A stretch of 64,000 nt of DNA, from IMG/VR virus record IMGVR_UViG_3300033977_000098, positions 1-64,000 of that record. One strand, given 5' to 3'. The notes under the pieces are model-generated. The model ran no database searches, had not been told where the DNA came from, and saw nothing but the letters and a program-made list of their open reading frames with translations. Source of the stretch: a virus. Shown one piece after another: positions 44,866 to 54,767 of the stretch. Positions within the stretch are counted from its first letter, which is position 1; each line of letters begins with the position of its first letter. Made by a program: the position numbers and the translations under genes.

Positions 44866-46551
44866 TTGAGTGTTTTCGAAATCCCATTGTCCGCAATCGC
44901 ACCGTCTACCCTTAACCCCCGGAAGCAGACCAATACCAGCGAGCTTGAATCGCTGGCCGCGTCCGTAATCCAAAAGGGCGTGCTGGAGCCCGTACTGCTC
45001 CGGCCGATCCCCAAGAAAAACGGCTACGAATATGAAATGGTCTGTGGCTCCCGCCGGTTCGCGGCCGCTGCTCTCGCCAAAAAAGACACCATCCCCGCCG
45101 TCGTGCGCGAAATGACCGACCAGGAGGCAATGGAAGCGCAAATTGTTGAGAACCTCCACCGTGCTGATCTCCATTACCTCGATGAAGCCCAAGGATTCCA
45201 GGCGCTTCTGGACCGCGGGCAGAGCCAAGAAGATATTGCCGCGAAAGTCGGCAAGCCCCTTGGCTACGTCGCCAGCCGGCTGTCCCTGCACCGCCTCGTC
45301 AAGTCCTACCACAAATATGCCCTCGCTGGCGACCTGCCTGTATCCGTTGCCCTGCGCCTGTCCCGCCTCACAGCGACGATTCAAAAAGCGTACTTCGAGG
45401 AGCACTGCAAGGAAAGCGACCAGGAAGATTATGACATTGCCGACGCTTTTCACATGGGCAACCTCGACCACTGGCTCCATGGCTACGTTTATCTCAATCT
45501 CGCCAAGGCTGCGTTTGACCCCGCGTCCGCCCAACTTGTGCCGAAAGCCGGAAGCTGCCTGCTCTGCCCCAAGCGCACCGGCACCAATCTCCTGCTCTTT
45601 CCTGAATTCACCGCACAGGGCGCGGACAACATCTGCACCGACCCCTCCTGCTATGAATCGAAGGCCAAGGCTCTCATCCAAATCCGCGAGAAAGAGCATC
45701 CCGAAGCGATCAAAATCGTGGTGAGTGACGACCTAACCGAAGCCCAGCAGAAACAAGCGGAAAAACAGAACTACCTGGCGCCCTACAGCTATTGGAATAC
45801 TGAAAAGGGCTATCGCTCGAGCACTAAAGATGCCTGCCAAGACACCAAATTGGCCATCGTTGTCATGGGCGCCCCCAACCAGGTCGGTTCAACCATGCAC
45901 GTGTGCACTGCCAAGGAATGCAAGACCCACACCGGCTCACGCCGCATCACGTCGCCCCGCGAACCCGGCGTGATGGACCCGGAGCGCGTCAAGCAACAAG
46001 ATGAACTCTGGAAACGCCGCACGGCCAGGGCCTGCCGGCTCGGGCTGCATGAAGCCTTACGCCAGCGGCAGGACGAATATCTCAAAGCCATCCCTCCTGC
46101 CGCCGCCCTTGCGCATGTCATGCCGCCTGATGCCCTGCGCTTCGCCGTCACCAAAGCCTGTGAAGCTCTGCGTCCGCAGAAAGACGGCAGTGAATATCTC
46201 GAATCCGTGTGGTTGCCCAAGCGCAAAAAGGAAGGCATCGGCTGGGGTGGGAGAAACCTATTCCCCCTGTTCAAGGAAGCCGACCACGCCACACTCCTCC
46301 GGCTCCTGCTCGATTTCGCAATCGCCGACAACATTGCGAATAAGCACAACACCGAAAAGAAACTTGTCGGCGAGGTTGCCGAAGCCTACGGCCTCAAGGT
46401 TGACAAGGTGCTCGCCCCCGTCTTGGCCGAGTGGGACGCAAAGCGCCTGGCCAGCATCGAAAAGCGCAAGACGCGGTTGGCGAACGAACGCAAAAAGGCG
46501 CCACGGACGAAGGCCCGTGCGCCTGGATCGTTAAGGGATTTATATACTTAA
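44866..46551 (+). CDS. ParB/RepB/Spo0J-family protein, 3' end hit by an IS
   Basis: NPRK..LAASV...GVLEPVLLRP..GSRRF..ENLHRADL, HTH. Confidence 0.9.
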   Translation: MSVFEIPLSAIAPSTLNPRKQTNTSELESLAASVIQKGVLEPVLLRPIPKKNGYEYEMVCGSRRFAAAALAKKDTIPAVVREMTDQEAMEAQIVENLHRADLHYLDEAQGFQALLDRGQSQEDIAAKVGKPLGYVASRLSLHRLVKSYHKYALAGDLPVSVALRLSRLTATIQKAYFEEHCKESDQEDYDIADAFHMGNLDHWLHGYVYLNLAKAAFDPASAQLVPKAGSCLLCPKRTGTNLLLFPEFTAQGADNICTDPSCYESKAKALIQIREKEHPEAIKIVVSDDLTEAQQKQAEKQNYLAPYSYWNTEKGYRSSTKDACQDTKLAIVVMGAPNQVGSTMHVCTAKECKTHTGSRRITSPREPGVMDPERVKQQDELWKRRTARACRLGLHEALRQRQDEYLKAIPPAAALAHVMPPDALRFAVTKACEALRPQKDGSEYLESVWLPKRKKEGIGWGGRNLFPLFKEADHATLLRLLLDFAIADNIANKHNTEKKLVGEVAEAYGLKVDKVLAPVLAEWDAKRLASIEKRKTRLANERKKAPRTKARAPGSLRDLYT

Positions 46552-46736
46552 CTACCATGCCTCACAAAACAAAGGAAATAGAGTTTCGGCATCTTACGGA
46601 AAGCGCCTTGCAACTGACTCAAAACAATACGAATAAAGTACTTGACTCCCGCAGGGGAGTAGTCTACTATAAGCACATGAAGGCGAGAGAAACAAAACGA
46701 GATAAAGCAAGCGGCTACCAGCCGCAGGAGAATAAC

Positions 46737-47108
46737 ATGAACGAATTGCATCTTGAAAAAGACTACAACGACTTGACGCTTTCGCAACGCTGCAATGCTG
46801 TGCGGGCAGCACGCGAGGCTGGCTATGAGTGCGGACATCACGATGAGGATGGACCGTTCGGGGAAAATCCATTGGGACCGAAACAGCCTGCTACCACGCT
46901 GCCCCTGGCCGCCATCAGCGGCGAAGAGTTCTTTTTGACTCTTGTCGAGCCCGCTTGGCAGGCGGATGAAATCAGCGACGAGCAAATGGAGACACTTAAA
47001 GACATACATCTTGATGACCCCCGCAAAGATGCCTTTGAGGCTGGCCTGCGGCAGGGCAGGCAGGCACTCGCAGATGAAATCATTCAAGAAGAGTTGGAAC
47101 AAGAGTAA
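46737..47108 (+). CDS. Passenger hypothetical protein
   Basis: AGGAG SD; TTGACT-17-TACTAT at 46642. Confidence 0.6.
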   Translation: MNELHLEKDYNDLTLSQRCNAVRAAREAGYECGHHDEDGPFGENPLGPKQPATTLPLAAISGEEFFLTLVEPAWQADEISDEQMETLKDIHLDDPRKDAFEAGLRQGRQALADEIIQEELEQE

Positions 47109-47597
47109 TCTCCGCGCAAGCGGGGCGTCTGGCGTGGTAGCCAGGGCCGCTACGTAACGCGGCAAGAGGCTTACATGAATGACCACCTGACCATCAGCAC
47201 CTACCAAGTCTTTTCGATGTTCCCCAACGAAGAGTCTGCCCGCGTTTACCTCGAAGGTCGGCTCTGGCGGGATGGAGTCAAGTGCGCGGACTGCCACTCC
47301 GGCGAGCGGATCACGACGCGCAAGGGCGGCTTCTATCGTTGCAACGCTTGTAAACTGGACTTCACCATCCGCACGGGGACTATCTTTGAGCGCAGCCACA
47401 TACCGCTGAATAAATGGATTTACGCGATGTACTTGCTCGTGACCGCCCGCAAGGGCATCTCTTCGATGCAACTCTCGAAGGAGATCGGGGTCACACAGAA
47501 GTCGGCATGGTTCATGCTCTGCCGTTTGCGCGAAGCGTGCCGAGCGCGTCTCCGCGTAACCGGAGCGCTCGCGTGGTAGCGAGGGGCGGTACGTAAC
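47109..47597 (+). repeat. Two ~50-bp imperfect direct repeats (47109-47158, 47549-47597)
   Basis: TCTCCGCG.AA.CGG.GCG...GCGTGGTAGC.AGGG.CG.TACGTAAC. Confidence 0.75.
47175..47579 (+). pseudogene. IS1595 transposase, N-terminal Zn-finger/HTH only
   Basis: CADC..YRCNAC..FTIRTGTIFERSHIPL..KGISSMQL; DDE domain absent. Confidence 0.88.
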
Positions 47598-48017
47598 TCG
47601 CCACTTTCCAGCGAGGAATCACATGAGCCGTTCCACGATCAGCACGTTTCAACTGACAAGTTTCTCGCCTGCCACAGCCGACACCACGGCTACGGGCGGT
47701 CCTCGTCAATCGTCGCAGCGGACTCCTGACAACGGGAGAAGCACCAATGCCGTAGCAGCACGACGTGAAATGAGGGGCAGGCGAGAAGATCGAGAGGAGG
47801 TAATCGGATGAGCAAACATCAATCTGAGATAGCAACGATTTTTCGCACGACCAGCACGGCTGTCTACGCCGTGTCGGAATCGGTGCGAGGAGGCGTGATC
47901 TATCGCCGCGTCGTGCGGCTGTGCTCGGCAGGTATGGGGCATGTGCTAGGCGACAAACATTCCTGCGACGAGCGCGAACTGACTGCGCGTCGAATTTACT
48001 GAGACAGAGAGGGAACA

Positions 48018-48191
48018 ATGCGTGACCCGGAAGAGGACTATCAATTTGACCCTTGCGAAGAGAAAGACCGCGAGGCACTGAATCGGATAACCGACGCGGT
48101 TTTGGCCTACAAGCCGAAGCCGAAAACGAAGGCAGAGAAGCGCCGAATCCGGCGCAAGAAACGCGAGGCGAGGAAACTAGCGCCCGCCTGA
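48018..48191 (+). CDS. Small basic IS1595 passenger peptide
   Basis: LNRITDAVLAYKPKPK; SD present. Confidence 0.5.
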   Translation: MRDPEEDYQFDPCEEKDREALNRITDAVLAYKPKPKTKAEKRRIRRKKREARKLAPA

Positions 48192-49026
48192 TTTCCACGG
48201 AATTTTCAACAGGCTGATGCCTATGACGAAATATAAGAAAGGTAGTCAAATATATAATTCCCATCGTTAAGCCCAAAAAGCTACGCGGACACGGTCGCGG
48301 CTGGAAGCCCGGAGTGTGTTCCAACCCGAAATGCGTATTAGCCTTCGACAAAGAAAAGAAGGCCACGAAGAAAGCGGGCTGACATGAAGTGGCTGGTCTT
48401 TGGTTTTGTACTTTGGCTTCTCGTGGCGCTGCTCGTGATTTTCGTGCACGGCAGCCGTGGGCCTTTCGAGATTGAAGATGAAGAGCCCTTGCCGCGCAAG
48501 AAACCCAAAGTGAAAGGAGATCTGTGAGCAGCCGACGGGCTATCCGCCGCCGCAAGTGCGGTCGCAAGCAAAAGCACGACACGCTGGAAACCGCGCTTCA
48601 GGCGGCGGTGCGGCTGCACCGTGCCAAAGGCGGCGAATGGCTTCAAGCCTATCGCTGCCGATTCTGCAAGAAATGGCACATTGGACACCGATGATTCTAG
48701 CGCTGGAAAAGGAGACTAAAGTGCAAAAAGCAACAATGCGCGTCGAGGCTGGAGCAATTATAAGAGAATGTGCAAACAGCTTGCAGGAGCAAGGATGGGC
48801 CTGCTATGGGTTAATTATCGGACTGGATATGATTCGAGCTTCTCTTTGTCGAATCGCTCAACGAGCGTTGCAAACTGGTGACGAATTCTTGCTCAACGAG
48901 TGTTATATTCTGTGTTTGCTTAAGAAACCAGAAGAGCAAAAAGACCAACCTGTTGTTTAATGAAGACTAACGAAAGAGGGGACCCGTGCTGCGAGCCTTC
49001 AATATTTCACGTTCGGCAGAAACCAC

Positions 49027-49674
49027 ATGAATAACACTGCGCGACTGAAACCTAGCGACTACATCGAAGCCTCACGAGTCCCACAGCGCTTGAAGCCGCA
49101 AATTTTCGGCCTTTGGTCAATCACCCGTCAGAGCTTCAACCGTTCTTGGCCTCTATTTCAAATCCTCGAATGGCAGCGCAATGCCGCCTTCGACAGCGTA
49201 ACATTTCTCAAACACTTCACCATGGCCACGCTCCACCAGGACGGCGAGACGGTCATGGAGGACGGCATCACGGAACTTCGCCGCCATCTGCCGATCCGGC
49301 TCGCTGCTCACGGCCGCGTGCTAATTACCGGCCTGGGCCTCGGGTGCGTCGTCCGGGGACTGCTCGCAAATTCCGATGTTGACGTTATCGACGTGGTGGA
49401 GATCGATCGGCAAATCCTTCGCATCATCGGCCATGAATTCCAGTCGAACCGGCGCGTTAGGCTCCATTGCTGCGACGCGCTAACTTGGGAATCCCCTAAA
49501 GGGGCGTGCTACGATTTTGCGTATCACGACATTTGGCGAGACGAACAGCGCCACATATCCCTGGCGCACCTAGAGCTAATCACGCGCTATCACGGGATAG
49601 CGAACACGCAGGATGCCTGGGGAATGCCGCGATTCGCTCGCCGTATCCTGTCCCACACCATCAACCTTTTGTGA
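49027..49674 (+). CDS. Spermidine-synthase-like SAM methyltransferase
   Basis: GRVLITGLGLG, DVVEID, YDFAYHDIW. Confidence 0.8.
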   Translation: MNNTARLKPSDYIEASRVPQRLKPQIFGLWSITRQSFNRSWPLFQILEWQRNAAFDSVTFLKHFTMATLHQDGETVMEDGITELRRHLPIRLAAHGRVLITGLGLGCVVRGLLANSDVDVIDVVEIDRQILRIIGHEFQSNRRVRLHCCDALTWESPKGACYDFAYHDIWRDEQRHISLAHLELITRYHGIANTQDAWGMPRFARRILSHTINLL

Positions 49675-49691
49675 TTACAAGGAGAGAGACT

Positions 49692-50129
49692 ATGGATCAC
49701 GAATCCCGAATCTACATCTTTCACGAAGCACACCGCGACCCGCTCGGCCAGCCCATCCGCGATAGGCGCACGTTTGCCGTGATGGTGGACCCAGTGTTTC
49801 CCACCGAAAGCGTAGGTGGCCCGCTGCAATTCAGGGTGTCCTTGCGCATCGGCATCGCTCGCTGTTCGCCCCTCGACCAATTCTCCCGAAGGACGGGCCG
49901 GCGCATTGCCACCGATCGTGCTATCAGCGATATTCGTCAAGAGCACCACGGTCCGGCCTGGCCGGACGCCTCTAAATACATGCTCCGCTTCGAACTAACT
50001 TCACCCAAAAACTTGGCGGATGGCAAGACGTTGTTCAGTGAGATCGTCACCTATCTCATTTGGAAGCACAATTTCCGCCCAAGATTCACGCTATACGCCG
50101 GTTCAACAAGGAGGGAAAATGAAAAATAA
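49692..50129 (+). CDS. Phage hypothetical protein
   Basis: SD; GIARCSPLDQFSRRTGRRIA. Confidence 0.6.
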   Translation: MDHESRIYIFHEAHRDPLGQPIRDRRTFAVMVDPVFPTESVGGPLQFRVSLRIGIARCSPLDQFSRRTGRRIATDRAISDIRQEHHGPAWPDASKYMLRFELTSPKNLADGKTLFSEIVTYLIWKHNFRPRFTLYAGSTRRENEK

Positions 50130-50529
50130 ATGCAAAATCTTGACGATTCTGGCCGTCACCTTCACCGTCATCTTCGCGCTGGTTTGCCTGGCGGCCAAAG
50201 TCTGCGGGCAAACCAATACCCAACCGACTATTACGCTACAGCCCTACGGCACCGGCCCCTCAGTCCTATATGGGTTGGAAGTGCAAAACAGCAATGCCGA
50301 CCAAGCCATTGTCACGGCTTTTTATCACACCGCTCTGCCTGGACTGCCTGGACACGTAATCCTGCTTTCCGAAGTTGATGTTCAACCTATAATGGACGGT
50401 GCTCCCACAGCCATCGGTGGTTTCAAATGGCGAGGGGAGTTCAAAGATATTGCGTGGGTGGAAGTCCGTCTGGTCAAGACTGTTCACACGAAGAAATTCT
50501 ATTTTTCTGACAACAAGGAGCTGCCATGA
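50119..50529 (+). CDS. Secreted hypothetical protein
   Basis: AGGAGG SD; signal peptide. Confidence 0.6.
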   Translation: MKNKCKILTILAVTFTVIFALVCLAAKVCGQTNTQPTITLQPYGTGPSVLYGLEVQNSNADQAIVTAFYHTALPGLPGHVILLSEVDVQPIMDGAPTAIGGFKWRGEFKDIAWVEVRLVKTVHTKKFYFSDNKELP

Positions 50530-50882
50530 CACGCTTTGAGAAGTTCATTGCGGTGGGGGTGTTGATGGTCGTCGCGCTGCTCTTGGCGACCGTATGGGAT
50601 GACTTGGCCCAAGGCCAACAGCCTGCCTCACAGCCAATAGAAACCAGGCCGCTAAGTCGGCCGGGCTGGGACCGCCTTCAAGACCTTGCCAAAGAAGTCG
50701 CTGCCTTCCAAAAGGATTTCGCGGCGCTGCAAGCGAGTGAACTTGCGGCCGCTGGGCTCAAAGCTGAGGATGGCTGGTCCCTCCAGTGGGACCTCGGCGC
50801 CAATAAGCCGCCCACGGGCTGGCTCATGCGAGTTAAGCCGAATGCGCCTGCGCCAAGTCCCCCGGCGGCACCCGCTCACTGA
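50526..50882 (+). CDS. Secreted/membrane hypothetical protein
   Basis: ATGA coupling; signal peptide. Confidence 0.55.
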   Translation: MTRFEKFIAVGVLMVVALLLATVWDDLAQGQQPASQPIETRPLSRPGWDRLQDLAKEVAAFQKDFAALQASELAAAGLKAEDGWSLQWDLGANKPPTGWLMRVKPNAPAPSPPAAPAH

Positions 50883-51091
50883 GCCGTAATCGCAACGGTT
50901 CGCCAATCGAGGCCCTTCTTGGGGTCTTTGGGCAGGTTTCCCCCATTGGCTTCTGCCAGCAACTCGTTGCGGATCGTCCAATAGGACAAGCCGAAGCGCA
51001 GACTTATTTCATGGATCGTCATGCCCTCACGATACAGCTTGACAATCCTATTGTGCCGCTCGCGGCCCGGCGGCATCGCCTGACTGTGCAT
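50876..51091 (-). CDS. Small HTH protein
   Basis: RIVKLYREGMTIHEISLRFGLS. Confidence 0.6.
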   Translation of the reverse strand: MHSQAMPPGRERHNRIVKLYREGMTIHEISLRFGLSYWTIRNELLAEANGGNLPKDPKKGLDWRTVAITAQ

Positions 51092-51248
51092 GTCGCTCCT
51101 GAGCTACGGTGATAGGCAACCCGAAAGCTGTATAGACGGGTTTTTTTGATTCGTCAAGCGGCAAGTCGAGGCGGTAGTGTCTTAAAAGTGCGTTGAAGCC
51201 GTCCAAATAATTCTTGATTCTCTTCCTGCCCAGTTTTAACTTGGAAGC

Positions 51249-51563
51249 ATGAAAAACAATTCGAACGGCGATAGCATTGAAGCCTTGAAAAACATGCTCT
51301 CCGAGGTGGACTTGCTTCTTTCCACTACGGAGCCCTTGCCACAGAACCGGACGCCACGATGCCGCGAATTGCTCTCCGCTGCCTTAGCTTTGGCCGATGA
51401 CCTCAGCAAACAAGAGGGAGTCTCTTCCGCCGCTGCCCTTGGCCACAAAGGGGGCAGTACCACGGCCAAACGCCATGGGCCTGAACATTATCGCCAGATG
51501 GCCGCCGCCCGCAAGACCCACCGGGGCGGCAGGCCGCGCAAGAAATCCGAACAACCGACCTGA
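51249..51563 (+). CDS. KGG-motif basic protein
   Basis: AAAALGHKGGSTT..RHGPEHY..RGGRPRK. Confidence 0.7.
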   Translation: MKNNSNGDSIEALKNMLSEVDLLLSTTEPLPQNRTPRCRELLSAALALADDLSKQEGVSSAAALGHKGGSTTAKRHGPEHYRQMAAARKTHRGGRPRKKSEQPT

Positions 51564-52299
51564 ATTCCTGCTAAAGTTTTGGTGGCCGCCTAGCCCGGCC
51601 AGGCGACAAACGGGAACCCTACCCGCTGGCGGCTACTCCCCTTTAAGGGCATCGCTGAGGGAGCGATGGCCTCTTCTGATTTCTGGCGAGACCTTGCCAA
51701 AGAATTTCGAGCCATACTAGGCTCCGAAACGCTTCAGGCTCATTGGGAATGTGACGCTGAAACCAATGAATACAAATCCAAACCACGTCCTCCAAAGTGG
51801 CAGTAGTCGCCTTCAGTTTTCCCCTGTTTCCCCCATTCCTCCCCCATTTTCCCCCCAATAAACCCCGATAGACACGCCCTATTTTAAGGCAGTATTTTGA
51901 ATGCGTTGCGGTGGAAGCCTACCCGCAGAAAGCAGAAAGGCCAGCGAAACGATTCTTGAGGCGCGTTTCGCTGGCCCTCTGAGAACTTGGGCCTAGCAGG
52001 TTCGCCGGGAACGCCCGCAAAGCAACTCCCGGAGAGTTCGAGTCGCTCGCCTGGCAGCGAGCGTCACACTCTTTGTGCTGACAAACACTAGAGTAGCACG
52101 GGGGTGTGTCAAATGCAACTCTGGATTTGGCATCTGCATGTCGCCCCACGAACAATTCGACCTATGGTGAATTAGGCCATCGAAAAGAGAGGCAATTTGA
52201 ACTTGGTACTGAAAAGAAAATCTTTACAGAATCAGAATTTGAAAAACTGCCATCAACAAAAGATCAGACCCAGATAAGCTCTCATACGGAGCCCGTCGA

Positions 52300-52572
52300 A
52301 TGAGGATTCTTCTCATCACTTACGAGTTGAAGAATAAGTTGAAGGACTATTCCTCTTTTTTCGAGGCAGTAAAAAACAACGCGCATCAGTGGTGGCACTT
52401 TCTTCCTTATGTTTACATTGTGGCGACTTCTTACTCAGCGAACGAATATGCAAATTTCTTACTCCCTCACATCCAGAGGGCTGATAACTTGTTGGTGGTG
52501 AGGATTACTGCGGAACATCAGGGATGGCTGCCGAAGGATGCATGGGACTGGCTCAACGATAAGCAGTATTAG
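52300..52572 (+). CDS. Cas2/VapD-like ferredoxin-fold small protein
   Basis: LLITYEL....DY..F...K, WWH..YIV, LLVVRI..GWL. Confidence 0.55.
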   Translation: MRILLITYELKNKLKDYSSFFEAVKNNAHQWWHFLPYVYIVATSYSANEYANFLLPHIQRADNLLVVRITAEHQGWLPKDAWDWLNDKQY

Positions 52573-52624
52573 TTTTCATCAACGCACATTCAAGACATTA
52601 CCGTCGAGGCGGTACTGGCTGAAT

Positions 52625-53188
52625 TTATGTTGCTGATTTTTTGGTCTCGGGAAAAGTTACCTCGCCGTCCGTTAAGGTCATCAACAAGGTACCGTTGTCT
52701 TTGACCCACTGAAAGGGAACGTTCTTTCGGTACCGTTGTGGGTACGGGTCAGGATATTGGGCGAGCCACTTGCTGAAGAACGCTTTCATTGAACTGCCGT
52801 GGGCGTAGCGCAGGTCCACACGGCGAAGGTTATCCCGATGGTCGAAAAACAGATGGCCAACTTCCGAGTCTCGCTTTAGTTTGGCTTTGCCGGTGTTCTT
52901 GTGATACTGATACTCGTAGTTGCCGCCGTCTTGGGACGATTTAACTTCATACTCTGATAAGTCGATACCAGCCGCCAGTTTCTTACCGACATCCTTCACC
53001 AGGATGGAAGCGAACACCTCCCAATCAGAGGACATTGCCACGCCCGGAGGCCGGACTTGGCGCGCAGCATACAATCTTAGTTTCCCGTGAAGCGGACCGT
53101 ACATATAGGCGTGGAAAAACATCAACGCCTTCTCGAAGTCCAGCTCCGATGGTGGACCACCGATGATGTGGGGTGCTCTGTAGCGCAA
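52625..53188 (-). CDS. Putative type II restriction endonuclease
   Basis: DWEVFA..GIDLSEYEVKS PD-(D/E)xK-like core; downstream of the C5 methylase. Confidence 0.6.
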   Translation of the reverse strand: MRYRAPHIIGGPPSELDFEKALMFFHAYMYGPLHGKLRLYAARQVRPPGVAMSSDWEVFASILVKDVGKKLAAGIDLSEYEVKSSQDGGNYEYQYHKNTGKAKLKRDSEVGHLFFDHRDNLRRVDLRYAHGSSMKAFFSKWLAQYPDPYPQRYRKNVPFQWVKDNGTLLMTLTDGEVTFPETKKSAT

Positions 53189-53204
53189 GGTTTGACGGCC
53201 AGCT

Positions 53205-54359
53205 TTAAGCGACAGACTGCAACTCGCCGGAGGTCGCCAAAGGCCGCAGGAGATATTTCTCTAGCCAGCCAACGACTGGAACCACAACGCCGTCGCCGAA
53301 GACATGATAGGCTTCGTTATAGTTATTCGCAAGCGGGTAATCGTCAGGGACGCCCATTAGCCGCGCGGCCTCCCGAGGGGACAGGAGCCTTGTACGAATA
53401 TAGCCGTTCTCGACGATGATAACTGTTTGACGGCTTGACCCGCCCACGGGAGTTCTCAGGCATCCCGAAATACCGTCAAATCGTACTTCGGCGCACTGCT
53501 TCATAATCCCTTCACGGTTTGGACGGGTGCGCTTGTAGATGGTTCCGACATGCCGACCCGTGAGCTTGCTTACTTTCGCCACCTTAGCCCGATGCAAAGG
53601 GCGCATCAGATCAAGGACTTTTTTTGTCTCCGCGTCGCTATGCCAAGCGGTCAGGACAGGAAGCGCCTGAATTACTGAATCCAGCCGGGAAGTCGGTGCC
53701 TGGGGAATCGGCAAGTTCCACCATACCCAATGAGATCTAACAGAGGCTGCAAGGCCGTCAACGGCCCTAAGCAGTGAGTGCGGGTGCCAAGCTCCTGACG
53801 CAGATTGTTCGTAGAGACCGTTTTTCAAGTGAAGGCTGGCTTTAACGCCCACCAAAAACAATCGTGGCCGAGACTGCGGTAGGAAGCGAACCGCGTCGAT
53901 GACTAACGCCCCGACTTTATAATCTATCCCTGCGAACCCCGCGACTATGGCGGCGAAGTCGCTCCCTCCGTGAGAGGTCAGTGTTCCAACTACGTTCTCC
54001 AGAGCGATAACGGTAGGGCCACGTCCATCGCTCACCAACCGTTTAACGAGTCGCCAAAACGGTCTGAACGTGCCGCTCCGTTCTCCATTAAGACCAGCCC
54101 CTGATCCGGCTAAGGAAAGGTCCTGGCAAGGGAACGAAGCCCATACAAGATCGCATCTGCCTGGCAAGTCATCCGCTGAAAGTTTCGCCACATCCTCAAC
54201 CTTCAATTCGGGAGATGGCCCGAAAAATGAGCGATACGCCAGCGCCTTTTTCGGGCACCACTCGTTTGCGAAGGTGCATTGCCATTTGCGCCCAAGGCCG
54301 AGTCGGGCCATCCCGCCGCCTGCGAAAAACTCGTACCATGTAAATCGCCGTTCAGCCAT
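53205..54359 (-). CDS. dcm: DNA cytosine-5 methyltransferase
   Basis: EFFAGGG, SFPCQDLS, LENV, PQSRPR, GDGV. Confidence 0.95.
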   Translation of the reverse strand: MAERRFTWYEFFAGGGMARLGLGRKWQCTFANEWCPKKALAYRSFFGPSPELKVEDVAKLSADDLPGRCDLVWASFPCQDLSLAGSGAGLNGERSGTFRPFWRLVKRLVSDGRGPTVIALENVVGTLTSHGGSDFAAIVAGFAGIDYKVGALVIDAVRFLPQSRPRLFLVGVKASLHLKNGLYEQSASGAWHPHSLLRAVDGLAASVRSHWVWWNLPIPQAPTSRLDSVIQALPVLTAWHSDAETKKVLDLMRPLHRAKVAKVSKLTGRHVGTIYKRTRPNREGIMKQCAEVRFDGISGCLRTPVGGSSRQTVIIVENGYIRTRLLSPREAARLMGVPDDYPLANNYNEAYHVFGDGVVVPVVGWLEKYLLRPLATSGELQSVA

Positions 54360-54762
54360 TTCCGCCTTCCAAAAACCTTCGGATTCGATTGCGGGTGCCA
54401 TTTGCATTGACTTCGCATTCCCAGACGACAAGAGATTTCCAGCCGAGTTGCCTTAGTTCTTTTCTTACCCTCGTATCCCTCTTTTCGTTTCTCGTCCTTT
54501 TGGCCCTCCAATAATCCCGATTCGATGCTGGAAGGTCGGCGGCTCGGCATGAATGCCCGTGCCAAAAACAGCCATGCACAAAGATTACTTTATGTAATCG
54601 GCTGAAAACCAGATCGGGATGACCTGAAAGTTTCTCGGAGTGGAGTCGGTACCGAAACCCCATGTCTGACACCAAAGCGCGAACTGCGATTTCAGGCTTT
54701 GTGTCCTTCGAGCGAACCCGACGCATTATTTCGCTCCGCTTTCCTGGCGTAAATATGTCCAT
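54352..54762 (-). CDS. vsr: Very-short-patch repair endonuclease
   Basis: RSEIMRRVRSKDTKPE, GHPDLVF, FVHGCFWHGH, VVWECE. Confidence 0.95.
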   Translation of the reverse strand: MDIFTPGKRSEIMRRVRSKDTKPEIAVRALVSDMGFRYRLHSEKLSGHPDLVFSRLHKVIFVHGCFWHGHSCRAADLPASNRDYWRAKRTRNEKRDTRVRKELRQLGWKSLVVWECEVNANGTRNRIRRFLEGGNG

Positions 54763-54767
54763 ATGAT

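Larger units (their letters stand above)
46535..48262 (+). mobile_element. Internally deleted IS1595-family element with passenger genes
   Basis: TIRs GGGATTTATATACTTAACTACC / GGGAATTATATATTTGACTACC (19/22); exact 8-bp target-site duplication (TSD) ATCGTTAA. Confidence 0.88.
51173..52602. mobile_element. Non-autonomous IS1-like cargo element
   Basis: TIRs GGTAGTGTCTTAAAAGTGCGTTGA / GGTAATGTCTTGAATGTGCGTTGA (21/24); exact 8-bp TSD GTCGAGGC. Confidence 0.88.

Noticed and set aside
52300-52572. CRISPR-Cas locus suggested by the Cas2-like ORF or TnpB
   Set aside because: No repeat-spacer array or other cas genes seen
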